Shown: in pieces, positions 50,086 through 60,054 of the stretch
How the letters are laid out: the number at the start of each line of letters is the position of its first letter
How positions within the stretch are numbered: position 1 is the stretch's first letter
NCBI GenBank assembly: GCA_038087875.1
Contig: CM075994.1
Span: 7,132,001-7,196,000, forward strand
DNA: 64,000 bases
DNA from: Malacoraja senta
Taxonomy: Eukaryota
Direction: 5' to 3'
Translations under genes and position numbers: made by a program
Notes under the pieces: generated by a model
Seen by the model: the letters and a program-made list of their open reading frames with translations, nothing else
Told to the model about the DNA's origin: nothing
Databases searched by the model: none

Positions 50086-51957
50086 ATGAGTGCGAGTAGT
50101 GATGAGGGACCAAGTCATAGTGGAGCCGACGTATTTCATTACAGGAATGAATACAAGGAAGTACCTTCGATCGAGTCCATCGCATTGGACGGATCATGGG
50201 AGAAGATTCAGACAACAGACAGACAATGCCACTATAGTTCACACAGACCAAAGAGAATTGCCCTGAAACTTCGCGAACAAGCTGAATTAATATCCAGAAA
50301 AAACCCTTTCATTTACAAGCTCAACCTAGAAAGGGAGGTGTTTAATCAGTGCAAGCATCTTGTGAAATGCTCCTTAGGAAAGCCCACCACTATGCACAAG
50401 ATGAAGACAATTATGTTGCTGGGGGCAACTGGGTCAGGAAAGACAGCCCTCATCAACGGGATGATCAACTACATCTTGGGCGTGGAGTGGGAGGACAACT
50501 TCAGATACAAGTTAATACAGGAGGAGATGGGAAAATCCCAGGCTGAGAGCCAGACATCCTCCATCACTGCCTACCATCTCCACCACCAGGTAGGGTTTAA
50601 CATTGACTGCTCACTGACTATCATCGACACGCCTGGGTTTGGGGACACCAGGGGCATCAGCCAGGATCAACAGATCACTGACCACATCCACGAGTTTTTC
50701 ACTTCCCCACAGGGCATTGATCAGATCGACGCGGTCTGTTTCATCGCCCAAGCCTCCCTGGCTCGCCTGACCCCAACACAGAAATATGTCTTCGAATCCA
50801 TCCTTTCCATTTTTGGCAAAGATATCGCGGAGAACATTCAGATACTGGTGACGTTTGCAGACGGGCAACACCCCCCAGTTCTGGAGGCCCTGAAAGCCGC
50901 CCAGGTACCCTGCCCCAAAGACAAAAAGGGATTGCCAGTACACTTCACGTTTAACAATTCTGCCATTTTTGCCCAGCGTCCGACCTCTGGCGACGATGGA
51001 AGATCTGAAGACAGCGGGGAAGAGGATAATAACTTTGGTCTGATGTACTGGAAGATGGGGACAAACAGTATGAAGAAGTTCTTCACAGCTCTGAGCACGA
51101 TGCAGGCGAGGAGCCTGCTCCTGACCAGAGAGGTTCTGAAGGAACGTAGCCAGCTGGATTCTGTAGTGGCCGTGCTGCAGACTCTGATCCAAGCAAGGCT
51201 GACCAAATTAGAGGAGCTCAACAAAACCCAACAAGTTCTGAACGAAAACCAGTCTAACCTGGACGAAAATAAAGATTTTGAGTACGAGGTCGATGTGAGT
51301 GTTAAAGAAAAGAGGAAACTTGGCAGCGATGCTCCATTAGTAAACAACTGTACGGTTTGTGAATACAGTTGTCACGACCCCTGTCCATATGCATGCTATA
51401 TTTTCAAATACTTCTGTTCATCAATGGACATACGGGGAAATTGTGTAGTTTGTCCGGGGAAGTGCACCTTTCTTAAACACCTAAGGGAAGAGTACAGGTA
51501 TGTCTGTGTAACAAAAAAGGAGAAGAGGACATACAACGAACTGAAGGAAAAGTATGAGAAGGCGTACGGTGAGAAGATGAGCCTGCAGAAGGTTATGGAG
51601 TTACTTAAGAAGGATATTACTGAGGTGGAGAACACAGTGCTGGAGCTGATTCAAGAATTATCCCATGGCATTAGACGACTTGAAGAAATAGCCCTGAGAC
51701 CAAATCTGTTGTCCACCCCGGCTTACATTGACCTCCTGATTCAGGTTGAGACAGACGAGGCGAAGCCAGGCTTCATTGAGCGAATCCAGACACTGACCGC
51801 TGTGAAGAAAAAGGCAGAGTTCAGAGAAAAGATCGCCAACAACGAGAAGCTGCTACCAGAGTATTCGAAGGAAGATGCAGCAGGAGGGAAAAGTACTGGA
51901 GCAAAGTTAACGAAAAAAATGCCAAACGTGATGGATTGGGTCTCTTCCAATAAGTAA
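50086..51957 (+). CDS. Septin/AIG1-like TRAFAC P-loop GTPase (623 aa) with Cys/His-rich cluster and coiled coils; single coding exon
   Basis: Uninterrupted ORF with G1 GATGSGKT, G2 SQT, G3 DTPGFGD, G4-like TFAD and FNNS. C-terminal CTVCEYSCHDPC...C...CVVCPGKC...H cluster is flanked by heptad-like helices. Splice acceptor (ttttattcccttttctgtttcag) ends at 50046. An in-frame TGA at 50062-50064 precedes the first ATG at 50086. Confidence 0.88.
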   Translation: MSASSDEGPSHSGADVFHYRNEYKEVPSIESIALDGSWEKIQTTDRQCHYSSHRPKRIALKLREQAELISRKNPFIYKLNLEREVFNQCKHLVKCSLGKPTTMHKMKTIMLLGATGSGKTALINGMINYILGVEWEDNFRYKLIQEEMGKSQAESQTSSITAYHLHHQVGFNIDCSLTIIDTPGFGDTRGISQDQQITDHIHEFFTSPQGIDQIDAVCFIAQASLARLTPTQKYVFESILSIFGKDIAENIQILVTFADGQHPPVLEALKAAQVPCPKDKKGLPVHFTFNNSAIFAQRPTSGDDGRSEDSGEEDNNFGLMYWKMGTNSMKKFFTALSTMQARSLLLTREVLKERSQLDSVVAVLQTLIQARLTKLEELNKTQQVLNENQSNLDENKDFEYEVDVSVKEKRKLGSDAPLVNNCTVCEYSCHDPCPYACYIFKYFCSSMDIRGNCVVCPGKCTFLKHLREEYRYVCVTKKEKRTYNELKEKYEKAYGEKMSLQKVMELLKKDITEVENTVLELIQELSHGIRRLEEIALRPNLLSTPAYIDLLIQVETDEAKPGFIERIQTLTAVKKKAEFREKIANNEKLLPEYSKEDAAGGKSTGAKLTKKMPNVMDWVSSNK

Positions 51958-53419
51958 CTGAGAAACATTCCAGCTGTTTTCCAGCATGTTTCACTCAACC
52001 GATACACAAATCCTCATTCTAATTCTTCGTCCTTCTCCTCCCCCATCTGCCTGTAGCCTTTCACACCGAACCTGCCTACCTCGATGCTGCCTCCTTCTCA
52101 ACATATTCCCATAGGGCCCATATCTGAGGAAGGGTTTGCTGGCATTGGAGAGGGTCCAGAGGAGGTTTATGAGAATGATCCCAGGAATGAGAGGTTAACA
52201 TATGATGAGCGTTTGATGGCACTGGGCCTGTACTCGCTGGAATTTAGAAGGATGAGGGGACACCTCATTGAAACTTACCGAATAGTGAAAGGCCTGGATG
52301 TGGAGAGGTGGTTTCCACTAGTGGGAGAGTCTAGGACCAGAGGTCATACCCTCAGAATTAAAGGATGTTCTTTTAAGAAGAAGATGAGGAGGAATTTCTT
52401 TCATCAGAGGGTGGTGAATGTGGAATTCTTTGTCGCAGACGGCTGTGGAGGCCAAGTAAATGAATATTTTTAAGGCAGAGATAGATGGATTATTGTTTAA
52501 TACAGGTGTCGGAGATTATGGGGAGAAGGCTCGAGAATGGGGTTGGGAGGGAGAGATCGATCAGCCGTGATTGAATGGTAGAGTGGAAATCTACGCTTTA
52601 AAAATATCCATTGAATTGGCAATGAATTCCACAGATTCACCATCCTCTGACTAACAACATTACTCCTCGTCTCCTTTCTAAAGGTACGTCCTTTTATTCT
52701 GAGGTTATAGCCTCTGATCCTAGACCCTCCCACTAGGGGAAACATCCTCTCCACATCCACTCTATCCAGGCCTTTCACTGATTCGGTAAGTTTCAATGAG
52801 ATCCCCCCCTCATCCGTCTAAACTCCAGCGAGTAGAGGCCCAGTGCCATCAACTGGTTATCATATGTTATTCATTCCTGGGATTATTCTAGTGAACATCC
52901 TCTGGACCCTCTCCAACCGTATGCGGACCTGGCACCGACAGACAAGAAGCCGAAGCAAAGAAGTCGAAGCCAAAGAACCGAATGGAAATGAGGCCGAAAC
53001 GCCAATAAACCGAAAGAGTCCGAAGACGAAACGCCTACTAACCGAAAGGATGGGACGCCTAAATGCAAACTAACTGAAAGGGCGGGACGCCTAAAAGCCA
53101 ATGAACCGAAAAGCTGCATCGCCTAAAAGCAAACTTACCGAATGGCCTCTCTGTCGAAACGCCACCTACCCGAAAGGCGTCGTCGCCTACAGGCCAAAGG
53201 ACCGACTGCCGCTCAACAGAAAAGTCCAATAACGGACATGACATTGCCGGGTGGCCGGACTTGTCAGCGAGTGGTCCAGACCCCCACGTCCATCACTTCA
53301 CTGTGAAGGCATGAAGATTATCCCAAACCTCCGCTCCACTTTCGGCCACTTTCAACTTGGTGCTTGCGTTCAGATTGCCCAGTCACCTATGGCTTGTGTG
53401 GAAAAATGAACCCCACGCT

Positions 53420-53610
53420 CCCGTCTCCCCCTTCTCTCTCTCCCCCTCTCTCTCTCCCTTCTCTCTCTCCCTTCTCTCTCCTCCTCTCTCTCCCCTCTTC
53501 TCTTTCTCCTCCTCTCTCTCCACTCTTCTCTCTCTCCTCTCTCTTCCCCTCCTCTCCCCCCCCACTCTCTCTCCCTTCTCTCTCTCTCCCCTTCTCTCTC
53601 TCCTCTGTCT
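53420..53610. repeat. CT-rich low-complexity tract
   Basis: Almost pure pyrimidine run. Confidence 0.9.
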
Positions 53611-53940
53611 CCACCCGCAGGAGCGTCCCTCAGTCACTGACCGCGATGCACCGCCATCGGACCCCAACCTCCACACCAGGGTGATTTCCCCTCCCCCCCT
53701 CCGACCCCCGGACCCCGACACCCACACCGGGTGCTTCACCCCGTCCGCGGGAACAGATGTTTTATTTATTACTGTCTCAGTGCTTGCGGAACGCACCCCA
53801 GCTCCCACGCACAAAACAGGCAGCATCTCTGGAGAGAAGGAATGGGTGACGTTTCGTGCCGAGACCATTCTTCAGAGTGCTTCTGAAAGGTCTCGACCCG
53901 AAACGCCACCCATTCCTTCTCTTCAGAGATGTTGCCCGGT

Positions 53941-54255
53941 GAGGCTGCTGTCACACAGCGACCCAGCCGGTGAGACCACTATCACACAGTGACCCAGCCG
54001 GTGAGACTGCTGTCACACAGTGACCCAGCCGGTGAGACTGCTGTCACACAGTGACCCAGCCGGTGAGACTGCTGTCACACAGTGACCCAGCCGGTGAGGC
54101 TGCTGTCACACAGCGACCCAGCCGGTGAGACCACTATCACACAGTGACCCAGCCGGTGAGACTGCTCTCACACAGCGACCCAGCCGCTGAGACTGCTGTC
54201 ACACAGTGACCCAGGCGGTGAGACTGCTGTCACACAGTGACTCAGCCAGTGAGAC
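53941..54255. repeat. 31-bp minisatellite, 10 copies
   Basis: Unit GAGACTGCTGTCACACAGTGACCCAGCCGGT. Variant units 1-2 recur as units 6-7. Confidence 0.95.
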
Positions 54256-55462
54256 AATGTTCATGCCTTCACAGTGATGTGATGGACGTGGGGGTCTGGA
54301 CCAATTGCTGACAAGGCCCGCCCCCTGGCATCGTCATGTCCGTTATTGGACTTTACTTTTGGGCGGCAGTCGGTCCTTAGGCCTGTAGGCGACGACGCCT
54401 TTCGGGTAGGTGGCGTTTCGACAGAGCGGTCATTCGGTAAGTTTGCTTTTAGGTGACGCAGCATTTTGGTTCGTTGGCTTTTAGGCGTCCTGCCTTTTCG
54501 GTTAGTTTGCATTTAGGCGTCCCATCCTTTCAGTTCGTAGGCGTTTCGTCTTTGGACTCTTTCGGTTTATTGGCGTTTCGGCCTCATTTCCATTCGGTTC
54601 TTTGGCTTCGACTTCTTGTCTGTCGGCGCCACGTCCGGGTACCTCTCCAACACAAGCACATCCTTCTTCAGATATGAGGCTATCTGCCAAGGAGATAATT
54701 GCTTGCAATAATCCAAATGCAGTCTGACCAGCAGCATATAAAGTCTCATCATTACATCCCTGTTTTTGTATTCTGGTTCTCTAGAAACAAATGGTTCTCC
54801 AAACAAAGCTCTTCCCTCTGTGCAAGTGTACAGCAGTCCTGTGCCTCAGCTTTACTTCCCCATATCTTCTCTATGACTGGCGTTAGGTTCAGAGCCCTGG
54901 AATTACCTGGTTTGTCCCCGCTGCCCTTCTCGTTTAAAGGGACCACATTTGCTGTCCTCCTGATTTCTTGCACTTCACTGAACAGTAAGAATCTCTGCCA
55001 GGTTCAAAGCAATCTCCTCCCATAGCAGCTTGGGCTACATCCATCGTAAATCTCATCCAAGATATCTAATATTTCCTTTTTAATGGTAACATGTTCTAAG
55101 GTTCAAGAAATGCAATATCCTTCCCTTCAGTAAATACAGACCAGAGGTCAGAGTGAGGCCCAATGCAAATTGGTGGAGCAGCACCTCATATTTTGCTTGG
55201 GCAGCTTACACCTCAGCAGTATGAATTTAGACTTCTCAAACTTCAAGTAACCCTCGCTTTCCCTCTCTCTCCATCCTTCACCCTTCCCAGTTCTCCCACT
55301 AGTCCCTGACTGTCCCTGATCACATTGTATCTGTTTGTTTGTTGTCACCTTCTCCGAGCGAACAATGATCTATTCAGTCTGAAGAAGGCTCTCGACACGA
55401 AACGTCACCCATTCCCCCTCTTCAGAGATGCTGCCTGACCAGCTGAGTTACTCCAGCTTTTT

Positions 55463-57444
55463 AGACAATAGGTGCAGGAGTACGCCTTTCGGCTCTTTAA
55501 GCCAGCACCACCATTCAATGTGTTCATGGCTGATCATCCCCAATCAGTACCCCGTTCCTGCCTTCTCCCCATATCCCCCGACTCCGCTATCTTTAAGAGC
55601 ACTATCTAGATCTCTCTTGAAAGTATCCAGAGAAGCGGCCTCCACTGCCCTCTGAGGCAGGGAATTTCACACTCACAACTCTCTGTGTGAAAAAGTGTTT
55701 CCTCGTCTCTGTTCTAAATAGCTTACCCCTTATTCTTAAACTGTGGCCCCTGGTTCTGGACTTCCCCACATCGGGAACATGTTTCCTGCCTCTATCGTGT
55801 CCAAACCCTTAATAATCTTATATGTTTCAATAAGATCCCCTCTCATCCTTCTAAACTCCAGAACAAACAAGCTCAGCTGCTCCATTCTCTCAGCATATGA
55901 CCGTCCCACCATCCCGGGAATTAACCTCGTAAACCTACGCTGCACTCCCTCAATAGCAAGTATGTCTTGAATCAAAATTCATACCGCTGTGTTATAAGCT
56001 GCTCAAGCGAAATATGAGGTTCTGCTCCTCCAAATTGCGCTGGGCCTCACCCTGACCTCAACCAAAACTGCACACAATACTCCAGGTGTGGTCTCACTAG
56101 GGCCCTATACAACTGCAGAAGGACCTCTTTGCTCCTAAACTCAACTCCTCTTGTTATGAAGGCCAACATGCCATTCGCTTTCTTCACTGCCTGCTGTACC
56201 TGCATGCTTACTTTCATTGTCTGATGAACAAGGACCCCCAGAACCCGTTGTACTTCCCCTTTTCCCAATTTGACACCATTTAGATAATAATCTGCCTTCC
56301 TGATTTTGCTACCAAAGTGGATAACCTCACATTTATCCACATTAAACTGCATCTGCCATACATCTGCCCACTCACCCAACCTGTCCAAGTCACCCTGCAT
56401 TCTCATAGCATCCTCCTCACAGTTCACACTGCCCCACAGCTTTGTGTCATCTGCAAATTTGCTAATGTTACTTTGAATCCCTTCATCTAAATCACTGATA
56501 TATATTGTAAATAGCTGCGGTCCCAGCTCCGAGCCTTGCGATACCCCACTAGTCACTGCCTGCCATTCTGAAAGGGACCCGTTAATCCCTACTCTTTGTT
56601 TCCTGTCTGCCAACCACTTCTCTATCCATGTCAGCACTCTACCCCCAATACCATGTGCCCTAATTTTGCCCACTAGTCTCCTGTGTGGGACCTCATCAAA
56701 TGCTTTCTGAAAGTCCAGGTACACTACATCCACTGGCTCTCACTTGTCCATTTTGCTAGTTACATCCTCAAAAAATTCCAGAAGATTAGTCAAGCATGAT
56801 TTCCCCTTCGTAAATCCATGCTGACTCAGACCAATCCTCTTACTACTATCCAAATGTGCTGCTATTTAATCTTTTATAACTGACTCCAGCATCTTCCCCA
56901 CCACCGATGTCAGGCTAACTGGTTTGTGATTCCCTGATTTATCTCTCCCGCCTTTCTTAAAAAGTGTGATGACATTAGCTACCCTCCAATCCACAGGAAC
57001 TGATCCTGAATCTATGGAATATTGGAAAAGAATCACCAATGCATCCACAATTTCTAGAGCCACTTCCTTAAGTACCCTGGGATGGAGACCATCAGGCCCT
57101 GGGGATTTTTCAGCCTTCAGTCCCATCAGTCTACCCAACACCATTTTATGCCTAATGTGGATTTCCTTCAGTTCCTCTGTCACCCCAGATCCTCTGGCCA
57201 CTACTATATCAGGAAGATTGTTTGCGTCCTCCTTAGTGAAGACAGATCCAAAGTACCTGTTCAACTCATCTGCCATTTCCTTGTTCACGCTAATAAATTC
57301 ACCTTTTTCAGTCTTCAAGTGTCCAACTTTGGTCTTAACTATTTTTTTTCTCTTCACATACCTAATATCCTCCTTTATATTCTTTGCTAGCTTACCTTCT
57401 TACCTAATCTTTTCTCCCCGTATTGCCTTTTTAGTTATGTTCTG
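55463..57444 (-). mobile_element. 5'-truncated CR1 LINE, right-arm specific
   Basis: RT ORFs 56047-56733 and 56866-57357. 3' tail at 55463. Empty site in the left arm at about 7320. Confidence 0.9.
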
Positions 57445-58338
57445 TTTTGTGTCTATCTTCGGTGTAAACCAGCATCTGCAGTTCCATCCTACACAGCGGA
57501 AAGGTATTCATTTCAGACTTCACCTATACCTTGTGGTTCCACATAGAGATGGGTCCCTAATGGGTCCTATCCTTTTACTGGATACACATAAATAGCTTTG
57601 GACCAGTTCTTAATATTGCCTACCAGTGATACTTTTGTGTCCCTCTTTGCACTTATAATCCAATTTTAATTACCACTCTATACGTCTAACACTAGAAGTA
57701 TTCACCATGGGTGGTACGGTGCCACAGCGGTAGTGTTGCTGCCTCACAGCGCCAGAGACTCTGGTTCGATCCTGACTACGGGTGTTATATGTGTGGAGTT
57801 TGTACGTTCTCCCCGTGACCTGCGTGGGTTTTCTCCAGGATCTCCGGGTTCCTTCGACATGCCAAAGGCATACAGGTTTGCAGGTTAATTGGCTGGTATA
57901 ATTGTGAATTGTCCCTAGTGTGTGTAAAATAGCGATAATGTGGGGGGTTCACTGGTTGGAGCGGTCTCGGTGGGCTGAAGGGCCTGTTTCCCTGCTGCAT
58001 CTCTAAACTAAAACTAAACTACATCTCGTGGTTCCACATAGAGATTGGTCTCCAATGGGTCTTATCCTTTTACTGGATCAACATAAAATGCTTTGGACCT
58101 GTTCTGAATCTTGTCTGCCAGTAATACTTTGTATTGTTCTTTGCTCTAATCAATTTTTAATTTCCACTGTATATTTCTAATACAATTTTACCCCCTATTC
58201 CTTCTATATACTTCCCCCTTTTAATTCAATTCTTGATAACTTTTCTCTTCCAAAACCAAAAGGATAATTGGCAAACATCGATAGCGTGACAATTATCTCA
58301 CCTGAACCAGACATTATTCTTTCTGAAGACACAAAGAA

Positions 58339-58990
58339 TCCACCGGGTGGAGCCACCAATGGCTGCCTCGACAACAGTCTGTCTGTCCTTTCCTTCTTTG
58401 TGTTTTTAATTGTATGTGTTAAATGTATGTTTTTAGTGTTCTTTATTTTTTTTAATGTGGGGGTGGGGGGGGGGAGGGGTTGGGTTGGGGGAAACTTTTT
58501 TCTAACCTTTTACCTCGACGGGGATGCGATTTTGTTCCGTATCTTTGCTGGAGACCGTTTTTGAGAGCTCCAACTGTGGTCGCCTACGGGACTTTCACAT
58601 CACAGAGCCCGCGTTCCCTTTGCCATCCAACCGTGGGTGCTTGCGGACTTAACATAAAAAGCTTGCGGTCTCTGGTCAGAGACCAACTTCGGGAACTCCA
58701 AGCTGCAGGACCTTCGACCGCCCCAACACGAGGGCTTCGACCGCCGGCTGCGGGAGCTTCGATCGTCCCGATTGCGGATGGTTTGACTGCCCCGACCGAG
58801 GGAGAATAAAGAGGAAGAAGCTTGGACTTTTTTTGGCATTCCATCACAGTGAGGAACGTGGAATCCACTGTGGTGGATGCTTATGTTAACTTTGATGTAG
58901 TTGTGTATCTTGTTGCTTTTTTCCCATTGTGGGTGTATGGTAATTCGCATATCACTCTACCTTAATTGGTACATGTGACTATAAAGACCT
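58339..58990 (+). mobile_element. Unclassified insertion, probably a non-autonomous retroposon with Rex1-like 3' end
   Basis: Absent from the left arm (about 6122). Ends ..catgtgactataaagacctt, like the Rex1 tails elsewhere in the window. Confidence 0.5.
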
Positions 58991-60054
58991 TTGCAGATGC
59001 TGTATTTTTGTTTAGAACAAAGTGTTGGAGCAATTCAACGGGTCAGGCAGCATCTCTGGAAGACATGGATAGGCGACGTTTCAGGTTGGGACCCTTCTTC
59101 ACACTAATGTAGTAGTGGAGAGAAAGCTGGAAATAAAGTGGCGGGCGGGCGGGGCTGCTTGACGGGCTTTGTCCTGCCCCATCCCTTCAGCTTTCTCCTG
59201 CCTATTTTGAAACGTCACCTGTCCACATCCTACAGAAATGCTGCTTGACCCGCTGAGTTACTCCAGCACTTTGTGTTCTATGCATTATCCTTTCAGAAGT
59301 AAACTGTAACTTTCCAATGGACTATTGTTTCTGATGATACTACGTTATTGCTTCTGCATTTTAAAGCATGTAGGCCTGGTTGACATTGTATTGCAATTAA
59401 TATATGGCTTATTCCAATAGAAACACATTTTTGAATTAAATGTCATAGATGCACTTGGATTAATGAATGTGTGTGTGTAAACACTTTAATGCTAAACACT
59501 TTAATTCTCCTTCCCATTCCCACCCTTACATTTCTGTTTTAGGCTTCCTCCATTTTTATAGTGAGGCTAAAAGCAAATTGGAAGAACATCTCATATTTTG
59601 CTTGGATTTCTCGAACTTCATTTCCTCTAACTTCTCTAAATTCACGCAACCCCTGCATTTCCTCTCTCTCCATACCCCTCCCCCACCCACCCAAATCGCA
59701 CCAGCTTCTCGTTCTCACCCAACAAACAGTCAACAATGGCCTGTTTCCTTTATCGTCATTACTTTTTTTTGCATATCTTTCATTCATTGTTCTATATCTC
59801 ACTACATCACCATCTATATCTCTCGTTTCCCTTTCCGGATAACTCTCAGTCTGAAGAAGGGTCTCAACCAGAAACAACACCCGTTCCTTCTCTCCAGCAA
59901 TGCTGCCTGTCCCGCTGAGTTACTCCAGCTTTTTGTGTCTACTCTCTCTTGAGTATTGATCAGGATATCTGAAAACATGGAGGCAGAACAACATGTGTGT
60001 TTCCATCAGGCAAGATCAGTGAGGGAAAGGTAATGAAGAGAGGGCAACAGAGAG

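Larger units (their letters stand above)
52918..54643. mobile_element. Foldback/MULE-like non-autonomous element with about 400-bp TIRs
   Basis: 52918-53324 is the reverse complement of 54251-54643. TSD (CC)TCTCCAAC, 8-10 bp. The empty site is present in the left arm near 8145. Confidence 0.88.
38670..60015 (+). repeat. Right arm of giant inverted segmental duplication
   Basis: Mirror of 4715-19640, with arm-specific TE insertions and deletions. Confidence 0.95.

Noticed and set aside
53941..54255. CRISPR-like array or V(D)J RSS cluster (repeated CACAGTG)
   Set aside because: Units are contiguous with no unique spacers and no cas genes. No ACAAAAACC nonamer lies at 12 or 23 bp from the heptamers.
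4715..60015. False duplication from haplotype misassembly
   Set aside because: Arm divergence and numerous arm-specific TE insertions exceed plausible allelic difference, although read depth was not checked.
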